From positions 79,732,001 to 79,796,000 of the forward strand of contig JAGIQG010000005.1 of the NCBI GenBank assembly GCA_024679065.1: a DNA stretch of 64,000 nt, written 5' to 3'. The translations under genes and the position numbers were made by a program. Positions 1 through 10,860 of the stretch are shown here, one piece after another (positions within the stretch are counted from its first letter, which is position 1; each line of letters starts with the position of its first letter). Source of the DNA: Sphyrna mokarran. Taxonomy: Eukaryota. Below the pieces are notes generated by a model. That model searched no databases and was not told where the DNA came from. It saw nothing but the letters and a program-made list of their open reading frames with translations.

Positions 1-2045
1 CTAAGACTCCGTATGCCTTCTTAACAACCTTATCGACTTGATTGCCAACTTTCAGGATCTATGCACATATACACCAAGATCCCTCTGTTCTTCAACACTA
101 TTAAGAGTCCTACCATTAGCCCTATACTCTACACATTTGTTATTCCTGCCAAAGTGAATTACCTCACACTTTTCCGCATTAAACTCCATTTGCCCCCTCT
201 CGGCCCAGCTCTGCAACTTGTCCAAGTCTCTCTGCAAACTATAACACCCCTCTTCACTATCTACCACTCCTCTGACTTTGGTGTCATCCGCAAATTTACT
301 AATCCATCCTTCAGTACCCTCATCCAGATCATTTATAAAAATTACAAAAAGCAGGGGCCCCAAAACATATCCCTGAGGTACACCACTTGTAACCGAACTC
401 CACGATGAATAACTTCCAGCAACCACCAGCCTCTGTCTTCTATCTGCTAGCCAATTCCTAATCCAACTAGCTAAATCACCCTCATTCCCATATATCTGCA
501 TTTTCTGCAGAAGCCTTCCATGGGCCACCTTATCGAATGCCTTACTAAAGTCCATATATGCCACATCAACTGCCTTACCCCCATCCACCTCTTTGGTCAC
601 TTTTTCAAAAACTCAATAAGGTTAGTAAGGCACGACCTACCCTTCACAAAACCATGCTGACTATCCCCAATCAATTCATTTCTCTCTAAATAACTATACA
701 TCCTATCCCTAATAATTCTCTCCAATACTTTGCCCACAACAGAAGTAAGACTCACCGGCCTATAATTCCCCAGAAAGTCTCTGTTCCCCTTCTTGAACAA
801 TGGGACCACATTCGCTATCCTCCAGTCTTCCGGCACTATACCCGTAACCAACGACGACCTGAAGATCAGAGCCAAAGGCTCTGCAATCGCCTCTCTCGCC
901 TCCCAGAGAATCCTAGGGTAAATCCCGTCCGGCCCAGGGGATTTATCTAACTTCAAACCCTCAAGAATATCTAGCACGTCCTCCCTATCTACTTCAATAC
1001 TTTCCAGTTTGCAACCCTGTATCCTAGTGTTCTCCACAACTACATTTACATCTCTCTGCGTGAATACCGAAGAGAAATATTTGTTCAGTGCCGCTCCAAT
1101 CTTTTCAGGCTCCACGCACAACATCACACTGCTGTCTCTGACTGGCCCTAATCTTGCCCTAACCAATCTTCTATTCTTAACATATCTAAAGAAAGCTTTA
1201 GGATTCTCCTCGATCCTATCAGCCAAAGTCTTCTCGTGTCCCCTTTTAGCTCTCCTCAACTCACTCTTTAGCTCACTCCTGGCTAATCTATAGCTATCAA
1301 TTGAACTGAATTGAATTGAACTGAGCCTTCAAGCCTCATCCTGACATAAGCCTCCTTTTCCTTTTAACCAGCGAATTAACTTTTTTAGTACACCATGGTT
1401 CCCTTACTCGACCATTTCCTCCTTGCCTGACAGGGATATACTTATCAAGGACTCACAGTAGCTGCTCCTTGAATAAGCTCCACATTTCAGATGTGCCCAG
1501 TCCCTGTAGTTTCCTAGTCCAACCTATGCACCCTAATTCCCTCCTTATGGCTTCATAATTACCATTCCCCCAGCTATAACTACTGCCCCCAGCTTCATGC
1601 CTATCCCTATCCATCACTAAGATGAACGTAACCGAATTGTGGTCACTATCACCAAAATGTTCACCAACACCTGGTCTGGCTCATTGCCCAGCACCAAATC
1701 CAATGTAGCCTCACCTCTAGTTGGCCTATCTACATACTGAGTCAAAAAACCCTGCTGCACACTTTGTACGAAAACTGACCCCTCTAATGAGCTAGAGCTA
1801 TAGCTATTCCAATCAATATTAGTAAAGTTAAAGTCCCCATAACAATTACCCTATTACTTTCACTCCTGTCCAGGATCGACTTTGCAATCCTTTCCTCTAC
1901 CTCTCTAGAACTTTTAGGAGGCCTATAAAAGACTCCCAACAGGGTGACCTCTCCTCTCCTGTTTCTAATCTCAGCCCATACTACCTCAACAGATAAGTCC
2001 TCATCAAACTTCCTTTCTGTCACTGTGATACAGTCTTTGACTAAT
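1..2045 (-). mobile_element. CR1-clade LINE, ORF2 (endonuclease C-terminal part through RT), frameshifted; downstream part of the element split by the insertion at 2046-4038; continues beyond the window start
   Basis: Minus-strand ORFs give EVVWAEIR..GVFYRPP (APE endonuclease), [35 protein letters not shown] and KFADDTK (RT). Confidence 0.95.
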
Positions 2046-4038
2046 TTTTTTTAATAAGTTGATTTGCTGGTTAAAAGGGAAAAGGAGGCTTATGTCAGGA
2101 TGAGGCTTGAAGGCTCGGTTAGTGCAATGGATAGCTATAGATTAGCCAGAAGGGAGTTAAAGAGTGAATTGAGGAGAGCTAAGAGAGGACACGAGAAGAC
2201 TTTGGCTGATAGGATTAAGGAGAATCCTAAAGCTTTCTTTAGATATGTTAAGAATAGAAGATTGGTTAGGGCAAGATTAGGGCCGGTCATAGACAGCAGT
2301 GGGAAGTTGTGCGTGGAGCCTGAGGAGATTGGAGAGGTACTGAATAAATATTTCTCTTCGGTATTCACGCAGGGTGAGGTAAATGTAGTTATGGAGAACA
2401 CTGAGGTACAGGGTAGCAAACTGGAAGGTATCGAAGTAGATAGGGAGGATGTGCTAGATATTCTCGAGGGTTTGAAGTTGGATAAGTCCCCTGGGCCGGA
2501 CGGGATTACCCTAGGATTCTCTGGGAGGCAAGAGAGGAGATTGCAGAGCCTCTGGCTCTGATCTTCAGGTCGTCGTTGGTTACGGGTGTGGTTCCTGAGG
2601 ACTGGAGGATAGCGAATGTGGTCCCATTGTTCAAGAAGGGGAAGAGAGACCTTCCAGGGAATTATAGGCCAGTGAGTCTTACTTCTGTTGTGGGCAAAGT
2701 ATTGAGAGAATTATTAGGGATAGGATTTATAGTTATTTAGAGAGAAATGAATTGATTGGGGATAGTCAGCATAGTTTTGTGAAGGGTAGGTCGGGCCTTA
2801 CTAACCTCATTGAGTTTTTTGAAAAAGTGACTAAAGAGGTGGATGGGGGTAAGGCGGTTGATGTGGTATATATGGACTTTAGTAAGGCATTTGATAAGGT
2901 GGCCCATGGAAGAATTCTGCAGAAAATGCAGATGTATGGGATAGAGGGTGATTTAGCTAATTGGGTTAGGAATTGGCTAGCAGATAGAAGACAGAGGGTG
3001 GTGGTTGATGGGAGATAGTCATCGTGGAGTTCGGTGACAAGTGGTGTACCTCAGGGGTCTGTTTTGGGGCCCCTGCTGTTTGTAATTTTTATAAATGATC
3101 TGGGGGAGGGTATTGAAGGATGGATTAGTAAATTTGCAGATGACACTAAAGTCGGTGGAGTGGTAGATAGTGAAGAGGGGTGTTATAGTTTACAGAGTGA
3201 CTTGGACAAGTTGCAGAGCTGGGCCGAGAGGTGGCAAATGGAGTTTAATGTGGAAAAGTGGGAGGTAATGCACTTTGGCAGGAACAATAAATGTGTAGAG
3301 TATAGTGCTAATGGTAGGGCTCTTAATAGTGTTGAGGAACAGAAGGATCTTGGTGTATGTGTCAATAGATCCCTGAAAGTAGGCAGTCAAGTGGATAAAG
3401 TTGTTAAGAAGGCATATGTAGTCTTAGCTTTTATTGGTAGGGGGATTGAATTTAGGAGCCGCAGCATCATGTTGCAACTGTACAAAACTCTAGTGCGGCC
3501 GCACTTGGAGTATTGTGTGCAGTTCTGGTCCCCACATTATAAGAAAGATATGGAGGCATTGGAGAGGGTACAGAGGAAGTTTACCAGGATGTTGCCTGGT
3601 ATGGAGGGCAGTTCTTATGAAGAGAGGCTGAGGGATTTGAGGTTGTTTTCATTAGAAAGAAGGCGGCTAAGAGGAGACCTTATTGAAACATATAAGATGA
3701 TTAGAGGTTTAGATAGGGTGGACAGTGACAGCCTTTTTCCTAGGATGGAAAAAGCTAGCACGAGGGGACACAGCTTTAAATTAAGGGGTGATAGTTATAG
3801 GACGGATATCAGAGGTAGGTTCTTTACCAAAAGGGTGGTTCGGGAGTGGAATGCCCTGCCTGCAGCAGTTGTAGATGCGCCAATTTTGGTGACGTTTAAG
3901 AGGTTAGTTGATAGGTATATGGAAGGGAAGGGAATGGTTTAGTTTGGAGGGGCATTGCTTTTTATATTGGTCGGCGCAACATCGAACGCCGAAGGGCCTG
4001 TTCTGTGCTGTAATGTTCTATGTTCTATGTTCTATGTT
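2046..4038 (+). mobile_element. 5'-truncated CR1 LINE inserted antisense into another CR1
   Basis: ORF2 RT fragments (2064-2561, 2752-3018, 3034-3942), 3' UTR and (TGTTCTA)n tail at ~4013-4040; TSD CTAAT at 2041-2045 and 4039-4043. Confidence 0.95.
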
Positions 4039-4540
4039 CTAATAATGCCACTCCTCCCCCCCCTTCTATGTCCTTCTCTACTCCGACTGAAGCATTTGAA
4101 CCCCGGAACCTGCAACAACCATTCCTGTCCCTGCTCTATCCATGTCTCTGAAATGGCCACAACATCGAAGTTCCAGGTACTGGTCCAATCTGCAAGTTCC
4201 TCCACCTTATTGCGAATACTTCTTGCATTAAAGTATATGCATTTCAAACATGCCCTACTCCACCCGTACGCTGCTGTGCTTTACAGTTCTCATCTATGAC
4301 CCCCCTATTCTCGTCCCTCTTAACATCCAAACTACTCAGGATCCCACCTCCTCTCTGAATCAGTTTAAACCCCCCTGCATAGCCTTTGCAAATTTTCCCC
4401 CCAAGATATTCGTTCCCCTCTGGTTCAGGTGTAGACCGTCTCTCTTATAGAGGTCCCACCTATCCCAGAATGAGTCCCAATTATTCAGGAACCTGAACCC
4501 CTCCCTCCTGCACCATCCCTGCAGCCACGAGTTCAAACAT
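4039..4540 (-). mobile_element. Upstream part of the interrupted CR1: end of ORF1 (SGNH esterase-like) and start of ORF2 endonuclease
   Basis: Minus strand reads LNSWLQGWCRREGFRFL..DGLHLNQRG..GLN* then CIYFNARSIRNK..VAISETW; the frame joins 2045 seamlessly (GVALLVKDCITVTERK). Confidence 0.92.
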
Positions 4541-4649
4541 TCCCTCTCTCTGTCATGTCTCTCTCTGTCTATTCTGTCATGACAGAATACTTTGCATTCT
4601 GTTCTTATTTCCCCTTTTAAATGTATATGTAAAATTTTTGTGAGATGGT

Positions 4650-4935
4650 TTGGTTAGTTATCTCTAATGGAAGGTTAGTTTTGTCTGGTATTTAGTATGA
4701 AGCTGTTCAGTAATGCTTGTATACATCATTGGGAAGGCACAAACCAATTGAAGTTTTCCCTTCTGCGGGGGACACTTTGTTTAACATATTGTGAGACATC
4801 AATAGCAACTTCATGTTGATTTGCTTTGTAAAACAGTGTAAGCCTCCTCAGCTTCTTCCTTGTTGCATAATAGGCCACTCCAGTGCATTCAGCATAGATG
4901 TTTTTACATAATCTTTGAAAATGAACCATTCTGCA
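4650..4935 (-). mobile_element. Old non-LTR retrotransposon 3' coding remnant
   Basis: ORF 4726-4929 contains RKKLRRLTLFYK, which resembles the C-terminal region of CR1/L2/Jockey-type ORF2; heavily decayed. Confidence 0.4.
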
Positions 4936-5450
4936 TGTCTTTGAACCATTTCCAAATTTCTTTGTTAAGTATATTTGAGGGCCGTCAATTTGACATGTTA
5001 TCTCTGCTCTCTTTCCACAAGATACTGTCAGACCTGCTGAGTATTTCTAACATTTTCTGTTTTGAAAGTTTCCAACACTGGCTTTAATTCGCTCTTTGTG
5101 GTAGTGATATCGTTGCTTGTTGGTGCATAGTACACAAGTTAGGCTCCGCTCAGAAACTTTAGGCAGATTCATCACCAGTACAAGTTAGGCAAGGGAGAAC
5201 TACCTAGCCATTCCTGGTGGTGACCACACTGCAAAGGAACATCTGAAGTTTTGTGTCAAAAAGCACATTGGAACCGTTTCAAGGACTCTGTGATAATTTG
5301 CATAGATTTGAGTCTTCTTCCCTGGAAATACTACTCCATAAAGCACATCCCTAATAGTTGGCTAGCCCTGGTTGAACCCCAATTGAGCATCAGTGTGCAC
5401 AGGTTATTGCTAAGCAAGTGTCACAAGAGTATTGTTACTTTATTACTTCA

Positions 5451-5750
5451 GAATCATAGAATCCCTACAATGCAGAAGGAGGCCATTGACCCATCAGATC
5501 TGCATTCACTCTCCAAATGAGCGTTCCACCCCAGCCCTTCACTTCACCCTATATTTTAATGCTGTGCATTTACCATGGCTAATCTATCTAAACGACACAC
5601 TTTTGGACTGTGGTAGGAAACTGGAACATCTGGAAGAAAGTCATGCAGACATGGGGAGAACGTGCAAACTCCACGCAGACATTTACCCGAAGTCAGAATT
5701 GAATCCCATTCTCTGGTGCGATGAGGCAACAGTGTTAATCACTGTGTCAC
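5451..5750 (-). mobile_element. HE1-type V-SINE (tRNA-derived head, V domain, CR1-like tail)
   Basis: Reverse complement has ACAGTGATTAACACTGTTGCCTCA head, GTGGAGTTTGCACGTTCTCCCC core and GATTCTATGATTC tail; homologous to six other copies in the window. Confidence 0.9.
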
Positions 5751-6654
5751 CTTTACTGATGGTTGAGAATAGGCTGATGGGCAGTAATTGGCTGAGTTGG
5801 ATTTGGTCCATTTTTTGTGTACAAAATGTACCTGGGCAATTTTCCCCGTTGCTGAGTTAATGCCAGTGCTGTAGCTGTGTGCTGGAACATCTTGGCTAGG
5901 TGCATGGCTAGTTATGGAGCACAAGCCTTCAGTACTATTCTGGAATATTGTCAGGGCCCGTATCCTTTGCAATATTCAAAGCCCTCAGCCATTTCTAGAC
6001 ATCACATGGTGTGAATCGAATTGGCTGAAAACTGACATCTGTGATGCTGGCGATCACTGGAGGAGGACAAGATGGATCATTCACTTGCACTTCTGGCTGA
6101 TGATTGTAGCAAAAGCCTTATCTTTTGCACCAATATGTTTGGAACACCCAGCATTGAGAATGGGGATATTTCTGGAGCCTGATCCTCTGGTGAGTTGTTT
6201 AATTGTCCAACACCATTTGTGGCTGGACACGATGAAACTGCAAAGCTAGGTCTCATTTGTTTGTGCAATTGCTTAACTCCGCCTGTTACTCGCTGCTTAT
6301 GCTGTTTGGTGTGCAAGTTTTCCCATGTTGTAGTTTCACCAAGTTGACAGCTTGGGCCAGATTTTGCATTATGTTGTAACGTTGAATGCAAAGCGAGTAG
6401 CATGATCTGTGACTGCCTCTATGCCTGTTCCCCCTTTACCAAGGCCCGAAAACAACCACAATCGGGACTGAGTCCAAAATGGGCGCTACGGCAATTAAGT
6501 GTATTGCAAGTGTTTAAAGTGAATAGTGGGCTGCACACCCGACTTTATTTCCCTCTTTACCATTGCTTTCACCCATCCAGAATTGGCATGAAACAGATAT
6601 GCTCCATATCAGTCCAATTCAGGCGCTCCATCGGTAAGTTCCAGGCATCCGACA

Positions 6655-6927
6655 GTTCTCTGCTTGAGATCAGTGAGGAGAGTCGGGGGGAAGGTAGATC
6701 CACTGTCACTCTGCTTGAGAAAGGTGGGAAGGAAGGGGGGTCTGCTACCACTCTGCTTGAGATCAGTTGGGGGGAAAGGAGAGGGTGGGTCACTTTGCCT
6801 GAGATCAGTGGAGTGGGGGGTGGGGGGGGTGGGGGGAAGCGTGGAGAAGAGTCTGCTATCATTCTGCCTGAGATCAGTGGGAGGGAAGAGGACTCTGCTG
6901 CCACTCTGCTTGAGAACAATGTGGGGG
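6655..6927. repeat. Degenerate G-rich minisatellite, about 6 units of 40-70 bp with core ACTCTGCTTGAGATCAGTG
   Basis: The core recurs near 6657, 6708, 6750, 6792, 6861 and 6903, separated by G-runs. Confidence 0.85.
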
Positions 6928-7892
6928 AAAGGGCCTGCAATCGGTCTGGGTGGTGGGAGGGTTGGGGGATAAGGGAGTCTGTAATGTTGGGATGGTGGGA
7001 CAATATCTATGAGGCTGGCGGAGGCATTATCTGGCCCAGGATTTTTGTCGCAAGGGAGCAGCATTCTATCAGTTTTTTCTGTGCATGCGCAGTTGGAGGT
7101 GCTGATCGGAGCTACTGGGTTTTGGGCATGTTAAGCCCTGCCCACAGATTTGTGCAGCATGATTAAAATTCGCTGGTATTTTTGCAGGCAGAGTTCAGAA
7201 CAAGTCTAAACGTTGCATCTGAAACGCTCCTAGTTTCAAGTCCACCCAGTACTTTTAGTCCAAATAGTGAAATCCTCCTTACTTGTAGGTATGCCTGGTG
7301 TTGCTCTTGGCTAGCCCTCCTCAATCAGGATTGATCCCCTGACTTGGCAGTAATAGTAGAGTGAGAGATATGCCTGACTATGAAGTTACAGATTATGATG
7401 GAGTACAATTCTGATGCACAGAGTTGTCCCACAATAATCAGCAGGAGGTTTCCTTCCCCATGTTAGAGCTGGTACCATGAGGCTTCATGGGGTCTGGAGT
7501 TGATACTGAGGACTCCCAGGGTGAATCCCTCCTGTCTGTGCCACCGCACCTCTGCCAGGTCTTCCTGCTGGTGAGACAGGACACACCCAGGAACAGTGAT
7601 GAACGTGTTTAGGATATGATCTGTAAGATATGATTCTGTAAGTGTGACAATGTCAGGCTGTTGCTTGGCTAGCCTGAGGGCAGCACTTCCAATTTTGGCA
7701 CTAGCATTCAGATGTTAGTAAGGAGGGTTTTGCAGGGTTGACAGGGGTGGATTCGACATTGACATTTCCAGTTCCTCGACTGATGCTAGATGGTTTGTCT
7801 GGTTTTGTTCCTTTGAAACTTTTGCACGATTTGATAAAACTAAGTGGCTTGCTGGGCCACTTCAAAGCCATTTAAGAATCAACCAGATTGGG

Positions 7893-8465
7893 TTAGAGCA
7901 GGTCAGGTACTCAGGATCCTGTAGGGAAGTAACTGATCTCCTGATTCCCCAAAGCTTGTCCATTATCTATCAGGCACAAGTTAGAAGTGTAACAGAATAC
8001 TTCCCTTTGCCTGGGCGAGTGCAACTCCAATAATATTGAAGAAGCTTGGCACCACCCAGGACCAATCAGCCTGTTTGATCAACAGCTCATTCACAAATCT
8101 TCACTCCCTCAACCAGCGATGCACAATGGCAGCAACAAGATGGACTGCAGAACTCAGCAAGGCTCCTTAGACAGCACACTTCAAACCCACAAGCACTACC
8201 TTCTAGAAGGACAAGAGCAGCAGATACATGGGACCACCACCAACTGGAAATTCTCTGCCAAGTTACCTACCACCCTGACTTGGAAATATATTGCTGTTCC
8301 TCTACTGTCGCAGAATCAATATCCTGAACTCTCACTCTACCAGAACTATGGGTGTATCTACACCAGAGGACTGCTGTTATTCTAGAAGGTAGCTCACCAC
8401 CACCTTCTCAATGGCCATGAGGGATGGGCAATAAATGCTGGTTTAGCCAGTGACACCCACATCCT
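7893..8465 (+). mobile_element. 3' end of family B LINE
   Basis: Ends in GCTCACCACCACCTTCTCAA...GGGATGGGCAATAAATGCTGG...CCCACATCC, shared with 54540-54608 (+) and 42165-42222 (-). Confidence 0.85.
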
Positions 8466-9199
8466 CAGAATTAATTTTTAAAAATGCTGGGAAAACATGA
8501 AAATTAATTTGGGCAATTTCAACAGTTTCTCTTTGGCCAGATTTACCATATTATTCTGCTCTGATTTGCAATTTTATTGGCTGAGCTGGTTGTGACTTCC
8601 CTGAATTATGTAGTTTAAAGGGACACGCCTTTTCTGCTAAAGTTAGTAGTTTCTTCAAAGCATATACATGATTGGAAATTATAGAAATGAAAAATGCAAT
8701 TTTGTTGCTAATTAACATTTGATATTCAATGAACCGCTGCATATCGTCTATTATTATCAGTACCTCATTAGCTTTCATTACTTCCCACTTTCCCAAATCA
8801 CATTACAGTCACCACTGCAACTGGCACCAACCAGAGATTTTTCTGCCCAGGTTTGCAACAGAACCAATGCCTTTGCTGCTGAGTAGTAATGTGTTGAATG
8901 CAGATTATTGCTCTGGAGACAAGAAAATCTCGGCTCTTCTCCGTGCGCATTAATAATTGCCTGTGACAGATGAAGGTGAAAGTCCTTATATTCTAATGCA
9001 ATTACTTGCACTTTAATAAGCTTTGTTTCAACCAGTATAACAAAGGGATTCTTTTACTTCTTTGTTATTGCATTATGATCACTGAAAAGCCTGCTTTATT
9101 ATGTTTCCTTTTTCAGAAGACGATCTTGAAGAGATCCTTAAAAGTCTTTAATCTTTTGATTCATTGAAATGTCCACGTTCATGTTTTTTCTTATTTGGT

Positions 9200-9890
9200 C
9201 TCATACTCTCTGGAGTTCAGAAAAATAAAAATTGATCACATTGAGTCATATACGACACTGAAGGAACTTCATGCGGTAGGCACTGAGAAGTTGTGGGAAT
9301 GTAGAAAATTGGGGCACTGTCACAGGATGAAGGGTCAATCAATTAGGGCTGAGATGAGGGGAAAACCACATTTAGAAGGTTGTGAACTTTGCACTTCTCT
9401 ACCTCAGAGGCTTGTGAATGGTCCATTGTTGAGTATATTTAATGCTGAAATAGATTTTTGATCTCTCAGGGAAATAGGAATATGGAGAGTAGCCATGAAT
9501 GTGGGGTCGAGGTAGAAGATCAGCCATGATTGTATTGAGTTTTTAAAAAGTTTATTTATCAGTATCAAAATAAACTTAAATTAACATTGCAATAAAGTTA
9601 CTGTGAAAATCCCTAAGTCACCCCACTCCAGTGCCTGTTCAGATACACTAAGAGAGAACTTATCATGGTAGTTCACCGCCCCAGCATATCTTTCGGACTG
9701 TGGGAGAAAACTGGAACTCCTGCAGGAAACCCATACAGGCATATGGAGAACATGCAGATCCTCACAAACAATGACCCAAGCCGGGAATTGGACCCAAGTC
9801 CCTGGCATTGAAAGGGTGGCAGCACTAACGATTATGCCACTGTGCTGCCTTATGACAGAGTAGGTTGGAGTGGTTTACTACTGCTTCCAA
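9200..9890 (+). mobile_element. Degraded CR1 3' end interrupted by a SINE
   Basis: YSLEFRK..LGH..MKG..RAEMR remnants and GATCAGCCATGAT 3' UTR motif; resumes after 9848. Confidence 0.7.
9541..9848 (-). mobile_element. V-SINE with the HE1-like head and core but a different 3' tail
   Basis: 9690-9848 matches the HE1 head and core; 9541-9660 differs from the CR1-type tails and ends in AATAAACTTT on the minus strand. Confidence 0.85.
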
Positions 9891-10257
9891 TTTTTATGCT
9901 TGAGTTATAACAAACAAAGCAAATTTTATTGATTGCAGAAAAATTGAAAAAACTAAGAGGCAACCAGTGTTGGTTATCTCTTTGCCTTGATTAAAGAGGA
10001 AACAACTTGAAGTGATCATTTTTAATTCTTCTCCTCCATAAGGCTCTATCACTTCTCTAGTTTCTAAATGAGAAGATAATTAATTTGTGAATAATATTCG
10101 ACAAATGGGGTATTTATTAAATTAACTAGCTGCTGTGCATATAATGATGGTTTCGAGAATCTGATGATCTAGTAAATAAACTTTAATTCCTAATTTTCAC
10201 TTCTACTATCTTCAACCACTTTCCTCTGTTATTATTTTTCTTCGCTATTTTCAAAGT

Positions 10258-10405
10258 AAAGAACAAAGAAAATTACAGCTCAGGAATAAGCCCTTTGGCC
10301 CTCCAAGCCTATACCAACTATTAACTAAAACCCCGACCCTTCCGATGACCATATGCCTCTATTCCCATCCATGTATTTGTCAAGATGTCTTTTAAAAGTC
10401 ACTAC
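10258..10405 (-). mobile_element. Short CR1 3' tail fragment
   Basis: AAAGAACAAAGAA tail followed by GCCCTTTGGCCCTCCAAGCC, the reverse complement of the CR1 3' UTR hairpin region. Confidence 0.65.
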
Positions 10406-10489
10406 CATTCATTTGAATTATATCTGCTTTCCTCAACAATAGTTTATACTTACGCTACATAATTCAAAATTATAATGGAATTATAAAAT

Positions 10490-10860
10490 TAGATGTGACA
10501 CTGAACCATATACAGAGAATATAGGTCCGATGAGTAAAACTTGGTCTAAGAGGTGTTTTACAGAGAAAGAGAAAAATGAGGCAGAGAGATGGAGAGTTTG
10601 TAGCCTAAGGACCTGGAACCATGATCACCAAGGGTGGAACAATAAACATTAAAGGAGTGCAGATATCTCTGAGGGTCTTGGGGCTAGTGAAGATTACAGA
10701 CATTGGGAGGGGTGAGGCCACAAAGGGATCTGAAAATAGGGATGAGAATTTTAAAATCAAGGCTGTTGTTTGACTAGAAGCCACTGATTAACAAGTGCTG
10801 GGGTGATAGGTGAATGCAACTAATTGTGAGTTAAGACATGGCCAGTAGACTTTTGATAAT
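10490..10860 (-). mobile_element. L2-like LINE 3' fragment (old)
   Basis: Reverse complement resembles 44030-44350 (e.g. TTGATTTTAAAATTCTCA, CCCTT.GTGGCCT). Confidence 0.6.

Larger units (their letters stand above)
5370..7880 (-). mobile_element. Older CR1/L2-group LINE ('family B') ORF2 remnant, interrupted by a SINE (5451-5750) and a GC-rich insert (~6370-7270)
   Basis: Minus-strand residues GKIAQVHFVHKKWTKSNSANYCP (degenerate WKIAQV.PVHKK..KSNPANYRP) and LLSNNL..DAQLGF. Confidence 0.7.

Noticed and set aside
6655-6927. Repeat-spacer pattern superficially like a CRISPR array
   Set aside because: The context is eukaryotic, the cores are degenerate, the spacers are mutually similar G-runs of irregular length, and there are no cas genes. 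It is a minisatellite.
6402-7166. 254-aa ORF and overlapping antisense ORFs
   Set aside because: The frames are open because the G-rich repeat lacks stop codons; the product is low complexity with no domain.
9117-9160. TTTTTCAG acceptor followed by EDDLEEILKSLLIF*, a possible terminal exon
   Set aside because: Too short, with no upstream exon in the window and no recognisable homology; it cannot be distinguished from chance.
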